DNA of 64,000 nucleotides from Octopus sinensis (taxonomy: Eukaryota), in contig NC_043007.1 of NCBI RefSeq assembly GCF_006345805.1, positions 45,198,001 to 45,262,000 of the forward strand, in the 5' to 3' direction. Below the pieces are notes generated by a model, which did no database searches, was not told the origin of the DNA, and saw only the letters and a program-made list of their open reading frames with translations. The stretch's first letter is position 1. The number at the start of each line of letters is the position of its first letter. Shown piece by piece: positions 27,241 through 40,680 of this stretch. Both the position numbers and the translations under genes were made by a program.

Positions 27241-27314
27241 ATATATATGCATATATATATACATATACGCACATACATATGTATATATGTATATGTACAT
27301 GTATACGCATATAT

Positions 27315-27354
<40 letters not shown>

Positions 27355-27833
27355 AGTGTATACATACACATGTACTTGTGGTGTATTAATTTTGCTGAAT
27401 CGTAGCATGTAGGCGTGAAAAAGATGTCAGTATATAAGAAAAAGGGTCAAAAGTTTAAAAATACTTCAGAAGTACTGATATGTACTCGTAAGCATCCTAA
27501 TGTGCAGAATATAGAATATATTTATAAACCTCAGAGTTTCATGGAACACCTTTGAGCTGAAAGAAGAGTCTCTGAGCAAGACATTTACAAATGATTTTGA
27601 TTTACTGCTTTGTATCTTCTCAATTAATCTTCCTTTCTCCATCTCTTCCGACCACATACAAATACAGACAACTCAAACTTTTCTATTTCTATCGTTATTT
27701 ATCTTTCGCCATTTGTTTGCTCTCTTTTTCCCCTGTGCCTCTTCATTGTTTTAAGTATCCCCTTGTCGACATTCGCTACAGTGCACTTTCCCTCTCAGCC
27801 CACTCTGTCTCTCTGTATGTATGCCAGTCTGCC

Positions 27834-27888
<55 letters not shown>

Positions 27889-29043
27889 ATCTATTTTGCT
27901 ACATATCTACGTATTTTCCCACCTAATTATGTATATATTTATCTACCCACCTATTCCTGTATCTATATAACTAGCTACTTATGTACGTGTCTAACGTGTT
28001 ATTACGTATGTACTTACCTACCTACCTACCTACCTACCTACCTACCTACCTACCTTCCTACCTAGCTACTTACCTACTTACCTACCTATCTACCTAATTA
28101 CCTTCCTTATACATCTACTTATCTATCTTATCTGTTTATCCAGCCATTGTTTTTACTATGATTTCTTTTCATTCATCTTGCCTCACTGTCTCTGGAACTC
28201 ACTGCTTGTCAGTCTGATTCATTCCAGCCCCACCCACCCGCCTTAACTCTCTAGTTCAATAAAATATACCATCAGTATTTATCCATCTATTTACCTTCTA
28301 GCTATTTCATTATTACCTTTATGTGTATTCTCATTTTGCCTGTTATACCTCCAAGGTCCATATAATAAATACTAGCCATGCACAACAATCATTTTAATCG
28401 ACTAAACATTTCCTCTAATAATTATTGGTCTTGTACGACTGTTAGAAATCAATACCAGCATCTTACAAAGAATTTGGGCCTTTGAAGTCTCTTGTGCTAC
28501 ATTCCTGGTGATATATTTAGCTAAAGCTTTCCAGCCTGTGTATTCTTCATTATATTTCAGAAATCATATGGCTAGCTGTTATTGATACGTGGAAGCTTTG
28601 ATTACAACAAAAAGAAATTGATGTGATAGTTTTAAATAACTGACTGTAACTTGATGCAAAATAGATATATTGGATTTTGTTCGTAAAATAACAACTATTC
28701 GATTTTCTAGCCGATGCTTATAACTTTCGCAGATATATATCTGTGAATGAGGCACATCCATCCATACATCTATCCATCCATTCATAGATATATTCATTCA
28801 CCCACATATACGTGTATATATGAGTATATTTGTTCTCTTACTTTATTATCATCTTATAATCATCTCATAATAATGACTTTTATGACTCGTATTACTACCT
28901 CAGTCAATCTAAATGTATATATTTGTTTTTACCTGTCATAATTAGCCTTTTTTTATTTGCAATATGCATTTTCGTTGATTTTTCATATTTTACCCTTACA
29001 TTTCCACGTGTATTTTCTATATTTTCTTTTCGTAACATATTTC

Positions 29044-29110
<67 letters not shown>

Positions 29111-29196
29111 CATGTATCTATGTATGCATATATATATGCATATGTGTGGGTGTACGTATGTATATATATATGTAGATATGTGTGTATCTATCTATC

Positions 29197-29227
<31 letters not shown>

Positions 29228-29234
29228 CTATATA

Positions 29235-29306
<72 letters not shown>

Positions 29307-30294
29307 CTTTTCATTAAAGCTGAAAACTTTGGTGGGCTTCTATACAGTTTCCGTTTGTCAAGTTTCACTTGTATGATCATATTGATAAACAAGTGTCGTA
29401 TTAAATGACGCTTGCTCAAGATACTATTAGAAGTATCAGGGTTGGAATCAGGTTGTTCTAATGAATTGAATAAAGACAGAGCCACACCTGCACCCCATAC
29501 GGCGAAGATATTGCAAGGAAATATGAATTATATTAACGCTTTCAGCCAACCCTGTGTATATTCAAATATATTTTGCAAGTAAATACATTCTGTCAAATTA
29601 GTAGGTTACGAATCAAACAGAAAAAAAAATCGTTCAAATGAATATGTTCACGGATTCCTGACAATTTGTTTTCGTAAAATTATCCTCCTTGCACTATCGG
29701 GCAACAAAATATTCACTAATGCATATGAAAATTGTTCCGGATGTGAGAGCAAAAAATGTTAATTGGGCACCCGCTTTTCGAAGGTTAACATTTTCCCTGC
29801 TGAAAGATTTCTGATTATACCACCTGGAAGTCTGAGCCAGTTTTTTAAAACCATAGAGGAAATTGGCCATCAAATATGAACATTTTGGTATCAAATATTA
29901 AGAGTGTTTGTACACCTGACGAGTAAAGGTTTATATAACAAAAGGAAATTCAGAAATTAAGCCTGCACTGAAAACTAAATGCACAAAATTCAGATACAGA
30001 AAAATAATATGGTACAATTCTATATATAGCATAAACGTATCTAGAAATGTTGTACTGACATCACATTCCCAACTATCTCATGTATAATAATAACATCTTG
30101 AATAATATTAGAATTTCCCGAACAGAACATTGCTGTTATGCAAAGGAAAATATATAACTTCAAACATCGCGGGTGGCAACAACCATGGACAATCAATAAT
30201 TTTCAGCGATATGAACTGAGGTGGTTTTTTCTCGCCTGTGCAAAAAGCCATTCTAATGTTACAGAATACAGTACCAAATTGGTTTACAAAATTT

Positions 30295-31182
30295 CGCCAT
30301 GCAGCAGACCAGAAACAAAGGTGGATAAAGACGAACTGAAAGCCACCATCGAGTCAGATCAATCTCAAAGTACCCTTGAATTGTCGGTGTTGTTTGCTAT
30401 TAGCAATCAGACAAATTGGTAAAGTTGAAAAGGTGGATAAGTAGGTTCCACATGAACTCAATGAAAATCAGAAACAGCAACTTTTGGAAGCCTGCATTAT
30501 GCTAATTTCGCGTCACAAAAATGAATAATTTTTGAATCGAATTCTAACATGTGATGAGAAATGGATTCAACACAACTGTAAACGTCCAGTACAATGTTTG
30601 GATAAAGACGAGCCACTAAAACACAGTCCAAAAAGCAAAATTCCTCACAAGAAGCTAATGGTGTGTGTTTGGTTGTCTGGCTCATTAAACCTGGCTCATC
30701 AATCACGGCCGAACTAAATTGCAGCCAACTGGATCAAATGATGCAGAAACTTGCAAAAAGAAAAAAAAAACAGCCTAGATTAGTCAACAGATCCACTCCT
30801 ATTTTATTGCAAGACAACGCAGACCACACATCGCAAAAATGACATTGGCGAAACTAGAGGAGTTGGAGTTGGAAATTATCCATCATCCACGATACTCATC
30901 TGATCCTGCCTCCACTGACGACCACTTCTAGAATTTGGATAACATTTTGATAGGAAAAAAAAAAAAATTCCGACGATGCTCTAAAACAAGCCTTCGAAGA
31001 TTTTATTGACTCTAGATTGCCAGGATTTTACAATTCCGGGCTGGACAAGCTACAGCTGAAATGGCAAAAGTGTATTGACAATATGGTTGCATCCTTTCAT
31101 GAATATAACAATTCCTTGTATTTAAAGAACATCAGCAAACTTTATTTTCTTTTCTACAAATTTCATACTTGACGACCTGACA
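30295..31182 (+). pseudogene. Mariner (DD34D) transposase relic with probable 3' TIR
   Basis: K*VPHEL (WVPHEL), ILTCDEKWI, KKLMVCVW, LQDNA and HPRYSSDPASTDDHF (YSPDLAPSD); TIR-like tttcatacttgacgacctga near 31161-31180. Confidence 0.9.
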
Positions 31183-31348
31183 GTATACTACTGGAATCGG
31201 TTTGTCTTCACTTTTACAGTCTCTCCCTCGCTCGCTCTCATCACTAAACAATATCAACTGTCAAACTCCAGTTTTAAAATGGCCAGTATGCACAGTATAT
31301 TACGACTGCCCCTGTGTGATTCCATCATATCTATCTATCAATGAATCC

Positions 31349-31391
<43 letters not shown>

Positions 31392-31522
31392 ATCTATATA
31401 TATATCTATCTATCTATCTAACGGGAAGCTTTATGAAAATAAAAAAAGACGAAGGCAGGTGGAAAAAAACAAACGAACAATTGTATTAGTATGGCGCTCA
31501 GGAAATATAAAAATAAAACAAG

Positions 31523-31560
31523 TCTTTAACGTTTCGAGCCTACGCTCTTCAACAGAAAGA
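31523..31560 (-). ncRNA. Minimal hammerhead motif (A6U variant) at the 3' end of the Neptune element
   Basis: Minus strand TCTTT-CTGTTGA-A-GAGC-GTAG-GCTC-GAAAC-GTT-AAAGA; stems I and II pair perfectly, palindromic ACGT stem III. Confidence 0.7.
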
Positions 31561-31729
31561 TACACAGAGAGAAAAAAACACAGAAAGAAGGAGAGAAAAA
31601 AATGCGTGCAGTAGCTAACGAATCAACATGGCGATCTGATTTCGGCCAGAGGTCAAAGATCAAACATGAGACGCGAGAGCGAAATGAGGGGAGATATAGG
31701 GTTGATAAAAGGGTTGAGGGACCAGCTAA

Positions 31730-32072
31730 TAGTGCGTAGGAGGGGTCTGGATTGTATGATGTGTGTTGTATAGGGTTGGTGTATGTATTAGTATGTATAA
31801 GGGTGTGTGTGTGTGTGTGTGTATGAGAGAGATTAGTGCGTAGGATTGGTCTGGACGTGCGTATGTATGGGGTTGGTGTATGTATTAGTATGTATTAGTA
31901 TGTATTAGTACGTATTGGTATGTATAAGGTGTGTGTGTGGGTAGAGAGAGTATAAGTGCGTATGCGGGGTCTGGACGTGTGTATGTATAGGGTTGGTGTA
32001 TGTATTAGTATGTACTAGTATGTATTAGTACGTATTAGTATGTATTAGTTGTGTGTGTGTTGTATTAGTATG
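31730..32072. repeat. Minisatellite (3 units of ~105-120 bp with nested TGTATTAGTA 10-mers) in the PLE 3' region
   Basis: agtgcgta..gtctgga..gggttggtgtatgtattagta recurs at about 31731, 31835 and 31955. Confidence 0.85.
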
Positions 32073-34362
32073 GCACATCATATGTGATGTGATGTGTAAA
32101 GTCATGTGGTGTAGTGAGGAGAAGAGGGGGAGGGGGAGATGACGGGGAGGGGGAGAAGAGGGGGAGGGGGAGAAGAGGGGGGAGAGAAGGGGAGGGGAAG
32201 GGAGGGGGAAGAGGAGAGGATGGGGGAGGAGGGGGGGATGAAGAGAGGAGAGGAGAGGGGGAGAGAGAAGGGGGAGAGAGGGAGTGAGGGAGGAGGGAAG
32301 GGGAGGAAGAGGAGGGAGAAAGAGGGAAGAAGGGAAGGGGAGTAGGGGTGAAAGGATGAAGGATGAAGAAGTAGGGGTCGGGGGGGGAAGAAAGGATAGG
32401 TGAGGAGGGGGAGAGGGGGGTTAGATGAGGAGGGGGGGAGAGTTGAGACCAAATGGCGTATAAGAGCGAAGAGAGAAGATTAATTCCTGTTCACGGCGCA
32501 AACGGAATCCGGATGGCCTCTGTGTAAGGACAAACCGAACACAGATAGGTGTTGCAAGGAGTGACCGGTGGAGCGGAAATGGCGTGAGACCGGTGTGTCG
32601 TTCGCAAGGTGGATGTCACGAAGGTGTTCCGCGAACCGGTCAGCCAAGCGGCGTCCCGTTTGTCCGATGTACAAGGAATTGCAGAGAGAGCAAGAGATGC
32701 AATAGATAATATTGCTGGAGGTGCAGGTGAAGGAGTGGATGATGGGATAGGGTCGATGGTGGGTGCTAGTGAGGCGGGTGGTGTTGGAGAGGTAAGGGCA
32801 AGTGCGGCAACGTGGGCGGGAGCAGGGGAACGAGCCGGGTTGGGAGGTAGGGTCAGGGAAGGACCAAAAGGTCTCGAAGGTTGTGGGCTCGTTTGAAAGA
32901 GGGGAGGGGTCGGTTAGGGAAGAGGTGTGAAGTGGACGGGTCGGACTGGAGATGACGGAAAGCTCGAAGAATGGTGCGTTGGAGACGTAGGGTCGTGGGG
33001 TGGTAAGTGAGGGGAAATGGGAGGCGGGAGACTACAGGGCGGGTTCGGGGAGAGAGAGCAGATACACGGTCCACGGACCGTGCTCTGGCAAGGGCGGTGT
33101 GGATGGTGGTGAGGGGGTATCCACGTAGGGTGAAGTGGTGAGCCATACGTTGAGACTGAGTCTCAAAGTCATGGTCGTCACTACAGAGCCTACGTAGACG
33201 GAGGAGGGATTGGGAATAGGGGATGGAAAGCTTGGTGTGTTCTGGGTGGGAGGAAGAGAAGTTGAGGTATGAGTGTGAGTCTGTGTGTTTGTAGTGAATG
33301 GAGGTGGTAAGAGTGGGGTGAAGAATGCTAACCGAAATGTCGAGGAAGGAGACAGAGGTGTTGGAGATAGTGGAAGTGAAAGTGGAGGGCTGGATGGAAA
33401 GATTGGACGAAAGAGAGGAAGGAATCTAGATGTTCGCGGGAGAGTGAGGTGGCACCGATAATGTCGTCAATGTAACGACCATATAGTTCAGGAGTGGGAC
33501 CAGTGAAATTAGAGAATATTTGGGCCTCAACATAGCCAACGAACAGGTTCGCATAGTTGGGGCCCATTCGCGTTCCCATGGCCACTCCCGAGAACTGATG
33601 GTAGAACTCGCCCGCGAACGAGAAGCAGTTCAGAGTAAGGACAAGTTCGGCAGACGAATGAGTGTGGAGGTGTCAGGTACAGGGTTAGAGCGGAGGTCAA
33701 GAAAGTGTCGAAGGGCCTGCAGTCCTTCGTGGTGAGTGATAACAGTATAGAGGCTTTGGATGTCCATAGTAAAAAGGATTTTGGAGGAGCCGGGAGGAAA
33801 GGAGAAAGAGTTGAAAAGCCGGAGAGCATGGTTGGTATCGTGGATGTGGGAGGGAAGAGATGCCACTAGGGGGGCAAGGACACGGTCGAGGTATTTAGAG
33901 ATGAGCTCCGTGGGGCAGGCAGTTACAGGCGGAGACGATGGGGCGGCCAGGGTTGTTGGGTTTGTGGATTTGGGGAGGAAGTAAAATGGTGGGGGTACGT
34001 GGGGTTCGCACAATTAGGTTGGATGCGGTGCGGGGGAGACGGGAGGACGAGATGAGGTCTTGGACAGTAGAGGATACCGTCTGTTGGTAGCTACGTGTGG
34101 GGTTAGAGGGCAGAGGGGAATAGAAGAGGTGTCATTGAGTTGGCGGAAAGCCTCGGCCCTATAGAGGTCCGCGCGCCACACCACTACAGCTCCACCCTTG
34201 TCAGCCGGTTTGATGATAATGTCAGCGCGCCGTTGGAGGGAACGAAGAGCCAAGAGCTCAGCCGGGAGATGTTGAGGCGGCGTTGGCGCCTGGAGAAGTT
34301 GAACCGCTCCAATGCACGCTGACAAGCGCCCGCGAAACCGCGAAAAGATCCACATCTATCCT

Positions 34363-34424
<62 letters not shown>

Positions 34425-34427
34425 TCT

Positions 34428-34465
<38 letters not shown>

Positions 34466-34670
34466 ATAGGATAGTTAGATAGATAGCATACTTGTGTGTT
34501 GCGTGGAGTGCATGTATATATATATATATATTTTTATATATGAAGGAGCTTCTACAGACTAGAACTGTTTCATTCTAGTCCTGTAGAAGCTCCTTCTATA
34601 TAATAAATTAATGTTACTGCCTATGTATGAGTACCTTATTTACTGTGGTTAACCCCGAATCAACCCGGGA

Positions 34671-34711
<41 letters not shown>

Positions 34712-34738
34712 TATGATATATATGCATATATATATATA

Positions 34739-34810
<72 letters not shown>

Positions 34811-34821
34811 ATATATATATA

Positions 34822-34872
<51 letters not shown>

Positions 34873-36033
34873 ATATATATATACACTCATACAAGCACAG
34901 TCACGCACACACATATGCACAAATCTCTGTATATCTTTTCACTTGAGGGAAAAATTGCTGCAAGCATTTCTCCGGTCACAGAAATTTCCTAAGACAAAAA
35001 CAACAACAACGACTAAAACAACAGCAACAACGACGACGACGACGTCGACAACAGCTACAACAACTACAATAACAACAACAAAAGGAGATTAACGAGTACA
35101 TAGTATTTTCTATTATCCATTCAGGTTGACAAATCGAAAGTTTGCTGGTAAAGAAAATGCAATAGGACACTATTGAGATTAAGAAAAGATTGGTAAATTG
35201 AATTGAAAAGAAGCAGGAAGTGATATGAATATATCATCATATATCAGACTTTAAAAGTTCATATAGGTTAAAGTGGCGAAATAAAGAATAATTAGCGTAA
35301 AAGATAATATTCTATATATTTTCTGTCGATATTTGACCGGTCTGAGCAAGATGAAATGTAATGACAGTTATGTTAGACAGAAGATCTTTTCATAGAAAAG
35401 ACACCACCATTATCATTTCACTCTTAAGTATATTGAAAAATAGGTTTAATGTAAAATATTCCTGTGTGGGTGTGGGTGTGTTTGAATGTGTATGTGTGTG
35501 TTTGCGAAGGTACATGTGCGTCAGTGTGAGGCGTGGTGAGGTGTATGTGCGTTTATTTAAAGGGTCTTTCACAGAAGCATCTTGCTAGACTTAAAGAATT
35601 TACAAGTTAGCGTAATTATTGCTAATTTGGAATAGCAGTATAAGAATAGCATTGACGTGGAGAACGTTCTCGAGTCAGTTCGACATTTAAATATAAATAC
35701 TAGTAAGTATTCATAAGACAAAGAATTGATAACAAGTGTGTTCATTTATGATATCCCTTTTTGTTAAATAGAATAGTGTCTAATACAAATGGGATAGAGG
35801 TGGGTTTGTGGGACCCGAAATAAGGAAACTATGTAGGTTTGTAACTGGCTCCATAAATATGAGTGGTGCTGAGATATAACGGTTACTGCCTGTTTCAGAA
35901 TGAGATCCAAATACACACACTCCTACAAGTGCACATACCAGCACGCATGCGCATAGATAGGTAGATAAATAGATATATATCATGGAATCGCACAGGGGCA
36001 GTCGTAATATACTGTGCAAACTGGCCATTTTAA

Positions 36034-36730
36034 GCCCCTCATTTTTGTACAAGGGCTGACGGCAAACAAAGACGCAGGGATACGTGCAAGAATCACAAAA
36101 CAAGCGGACCAGAGTTTAACCATGCAGAGGAGCGTCAAAGATTGGTAAACTTGCGATGGGACGTAAAAAAAAAATTGAAGAGAAGGATTTCTCACAAGTA
36201 CAGGCATATCATCTGGGAAGGAACAAAAAAAAATGTGAGGATCAAACCCATTCTACGGATGTGGAAGCTTACATTTCAAGAAGGACTGTCCTTTCAAAGC
36301 ACGGAAATGTTACAATTGCCAAAAAGTAGGACACAAAAGCTCACATTGCTGAGCAACGTTAGGAAGGTCGAACATAAAAATTTTAAGTTTTCTCAACGCA
36401 AAATAGAAACGACAGCAAAAAGAGGAAATTTGTATATGTAAAAGTAAACGAAGTGAATATTAAGTTACAACTACATACTGGTTGCGACACCTCGATTATT
36501 GATACAGAGACGTGGAATAGAATTTAGAAACTTACGTTAAGAAACATATCGAAAATTGTACGAGGCGTGAGAGGTAAAAATCTACACTTTGTAAGTGAAA
36601 TGTGGAGCGATATTACATTTCATGGTAAAACCTGCAGAGCAAACGTTTTATTGTTAAAAATGCAACCAATCTGCTCGGTACGGACGGGATTGAGTAGTTT
36701 GACTTATGGGACCACCACATTAGTCTGTAC
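36034..36730 (+). pseudogene. Ty3/Gypsy LTR-retrotransposon gag-protease relic
   Basis: LIFVQGLTANKDAGIRARI; zinc knuckles FYGCGSLHFKKDC and CYNCQKVGHKSSHC (36251-36349); degenerate protease motif KLQLHTGCDTSII. Confidence 0.8.
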
Positions 36731-37004
36731 TGTGAAAAAAATAAATGGCTGTCCCACCAGTAAAAAGTAACTCATCAGCTGACTAATGGAAGGAAACGAG
36801 AAACTTATAATCACAACTCAGAAAGAGACAGAATGCCTTAAAAATAGTGCATTGTGCTGGAGAATATACTGAGTTACAGAGTATTCTCTTCCAGGTAGCA
36901 GTGTTAAACTGTTACTATACCTGCAAAAAAGGAACAACAAATTCCTGAAATATCACTGTGACAAAAGAAGAAAGATATTCGGCAGTATAATTCTAGATAA
37001 ACTG

Positions 37005-37218
37005 TTATTGTTGCTTCTCGAGCCATGCCAGGTTCATAAGGGCCAGTTTCTTGGTTTCAGTGGCGTAGAAATTCCCCACCTGGACGGGATGCTGGTCCGT
37101 CGCAGGATTACTCATTTTTGCCAGCTGAGAGGATTGGAGCAACGCCCAGTCCAAGAATCGAAACCACAACCTTACGATCATGAGTTCGACACCCTAAGCA
37201 CTAAGCCACGCGCCTCCA
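37005..37218 (-). mobile_element. SINE family C
   Basis: Reverse strand gtggaggcgcgtggcttagtgcttaggg...ggtttcgattcttgg tRNA-like head. Confidence 0.75.
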
Positions 37219-38916
37219 CAAGACTGTTCCTGTGAATAAAGGTTATTCATGCACGCAATGTATAAAAGTACGATCATGACTGAGATTAGACAAATATCCA
37301 GCAAGAACTACCTTATTTCAAGAGTGCATATATTGCATGCTTACATGCTTGCATGAACGCCTGTATTTTATTTTGTGTTTATCTGTGTAAGGGGTAGACT
37401 TTTAAACAATATTCGCACCTGCACATTCCAACAGAATCTTTAACAAATTACAAAGCGACAGAAATTCTGGTCCTGATGAAACTACGGTAGGTATGAAAAC
37501 ATACATTAAAACTTGCAAATTTAGTACCGTACCTAAGATATTTTGATATACATTGGCTCCGAATTAGCATCTGTAAAATCTTTCAAGCCGTAAAACCCAA
37601 TGAAAATGAAAAATGACGAAGTTTACGTTAGAATTTCTTAGAAAACGTCGACTTTAATTCTCACTGAAATGATACATAAGCAAGTTATGTTTGTTTTATA
37701 TTCCTACGAAACAATGCAAATAGAATGTTGTTACGTGAACATATTGTATGTAGCAAAGTTTTATATATCCCTTAGCTTCAGTTTTATATTGTGTGTGTTT
37801 GTGTGAGTGTGTGTATGCGCTTTCAAATTTCATTCATACATAACAGAAAGAGCAAACAGCATATTGCAATGCTGTATAACGGTTTCAGTTATTAATATGT
37901 ATACGGTATATTCCACTTATCAACCTTCGTATATGAGCAAATTCTGTAAAAGCAGTTATTCACTCAACAACCTAATAAACAGTACGGATATTATTCACAT
38001 TGACAGTCGCAACATACAATACAGAAGAACAGCGCCTGCCTACCTACCTACCTACCTACCTACCTACCTACCCACATTTATACATATACATACATGCATA
38101 TATGTAACGCATGCACACACTAATACGCACATATACATACACAGAACACTTTATGCAGAACGGCAAATACTATAAAGATATGCCCATATGTACACACACA
38201 AACATATACATACATATACATCTAAAACACATGCACATATGTATGTGTGTCTGTCTGTCTGTAATGTATGTATGTATATGCATGTATGAATGTATGTATG
38301 TATGTATGTATGTATGTATGTATGTATGTATGTATGTATGTATGTATATGTATGTATGTATGTATGCATGTGTGTGTATGTATATGATGTATCTGTGTCT
38401 GCGTGCGTATATTTACACGCACATAGAATCGTCGAAACTGCAAAGTTTGATTCTGGAAGATTCAGCTTCAAAGAGACATCTCCACAGGTGCGCACGCGCG
38501 CAAACACACACATACGCACACACACACATCTACATATACGTACATACAAACACACATACACTCATGCAAGCTCATGGAGACACATAGATAAAACTGTGCA
38601 TATGCAGATGTATGCAGATGAGAAGAAGCATCAATATGCAGTAGACATCGCCTCCGAACCACAAGTATGAGGTCATCAACGGTCTCACTGGGCCACGTAA
38701 TTACACCTTTATTGTATACCTTTATTGTTGTCACTAGAGATTTTCTTATTTATTAGGCAAGATGGCTGCTAGAACGCGGAGAGGAGCGTAGCTTGAATAT
38801 AGCTAATGATACTATTTTGCAAAGGAATAGCGGAGTCAAATGGTCTCAGATGCAATCTATTCTGCATTAGATCTTATCAATCGGTATACTGTGCGATTAT
38901 ATATATAATATATATA

Positions 38917-38959
<43 letters not shown>

Positions 38960-39849
38960 CAAACACACACACACACAGACGCACAAATATTAAACGTACA
39001 CATCACATTTATGTGTGTATGAGAGTGTGTGCGTGCGGGTGCGTATTTTAGATTCGTATAAAACAGTGAAAATAATTAGGTACTCGGCATAATGTACATC
39101 AAAAGCAAGAAGCTGCGATTATATATATGATATTATATACATATGTTATATGTGTGTGTGGACCGATCGAGTAAACATATCAGTAACGAACCTATAATCT
39201 CTACTGGAAACAGCTGCAAGCCAAATCTACCGCAATATGTGTGTGTGTGTGTGTTTATATATATCAAAAAACTATATTGCACGTCAGCAAAGGTATGCGT
39301 ATAGTGACTGTTGTGCATAGTATCCGCAATTTATTTCGCTGTTTAGTGGATAAATGCTTTTACATAATTTGCATTTTAGGTAGGTAAGAAAATATTCTAA
39401 GATAATAATGGCGTAAGAAAGATGAACAATTATTCATCTCTTGTGTCTGTTACTGTTCCACGTGAAAGGAAATCACTGGCATAGGATCAGTTCCTCAGCA
39501 CGACAGGACACCAAAACCTGTCAACTTACAGGCTTAATTTTAGTTGTATAGCTGTACAGTCGCTTGGATTCGTGGCAGCCGGTTTAGAAGTCAGGCTATT
39601 AAATCCTAATATTCTTTCTTTTACTTGTTTCAGTCATTTGACTGCGGCCATACTGGAGCACCGCCTTTGACCGCTGACGAATTTTTCTGCAAAATATGGA
39701 TAGTTTATCCTTTTCATGCTATTATATAAGCGTTATTCTGCGTTTGAGAATAAATTATTTGCTTATCTATATTTTTCAATACATCTCAACGCTTCTAAAG
39801 CAAACTTTGTTTACTTTCATCGTAAGTTGAAGTTATACATACATACATA

Positions 39850-39898
<49 letters not shown>

Positions 39899-40489
39899 CA
39901 TTCATACATACACACACACATATATATATATATATACATACACACACACATATATATACATACATACATACATTTCCACTCTCATCAACGTATGTATTTT
40001 AATGCTTCTCTACTTAAAAGCCTCAAAATCCGCTCATATCTAAATACTAAAAAAAAAAGAAATATAATTTCTAAAAGGTAAACTTATTACGTTTGTTGGT
40101 TACGACCTACATAGTGCTATATATCGTGAAATGTCGTTCCACGTATAATGACGTTTCTATGTAAATACATGCCAAATTAATTGCATAACCAAATATATAT
40201 GTTGGACTTGGTAAATAGATCTATCTTAAACTTATTTTAATTTTAACAAAATAACTTAACACACATACAAAATTATTATAAAATTACGGAATTTAGGTAA
40301 ATAAAAATAGAATTATACTAATAATGATAATAAAGATATTAAATAGTATATTTTGTAATGAATAAAGGTTTGATATGATATTAAATATCATATCATGGGT
40401 TCCTTCCAAAGTCTAAAAATGGTCCCTTATGTCTATGGTTACGTGACAGAACGATTTCAGAGTACGTATTGAGGATGTTATCATTGCAT

Positions 40490-40680
40490 AATATTGGTTT
40501 CAATCCTAACAATTTCGGAGGAGAGGCCAAGTCGATTAAATCTACTCTAATACTCAATTTTAGCAACATAGAAAGGATGAACGGCAACATCGACCTCGGT
40601 GGAATCTGAACGTGAAGACGGACAAAACGCGACTAAGCATTTTCCCCGGTGTGCCATCGATTCTGCCAGCTCGCCGCTTT
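40490..40680 (-). mobile_element. SINE family A
   Basis: gaaaggatgaacggcaacatcgacctcggtggaatctgaac...attctgccagctcgcc. Confidence 0.75.

Larger units (their letters stand above)
31420..34354 (-). mobile_element. Penelope-like retroelement, Neptune-type (RT, Zn-finger linker, GIY-YIG), 5'-truncated and frameshifted
   Basis: IIIKPADKGGAVVVW, FYFLPK, MDIQSLYT, AMGTRMGPNYANLF, YGRYIDD, CSRPRCRTC linker, FTCTSSNIIYCISCSLCNSLYIGQTGRRLADRFAEH. Flanked by (CTAT)n. Confidence 0.92.
31278..36029. mobile_element. Putative non-autonomous DNA transposon with ~53-bp TIRs and TTAA flanks (Kolobok-like), containing a nested PLE
   Basis: TTAA(31274-77)-aatggccagtatgcacagtatattacgactgcccctgtgtgattccatcatat, and its reverse complement at 35977-36029 followed by TTAA (36030-33); 3 mismatches. 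Confidence 0.65.

Noticed and set aside
31860-32072. CRISPR-like repeat array
   Set aside because: Eukaryotic minisatellite with no unique spacers and no cas genes.
32102-32452. Pro/Ser-rich and Gly/Glu/Arg-rich ORFs
   Set aside because: Low-complexity polypurine tract within the PLE 3' region.
37470-37506. CTGATGA...GAAA motif (similar case near 29915)
   Set aside because: No convincing stem II or stem I pairing.
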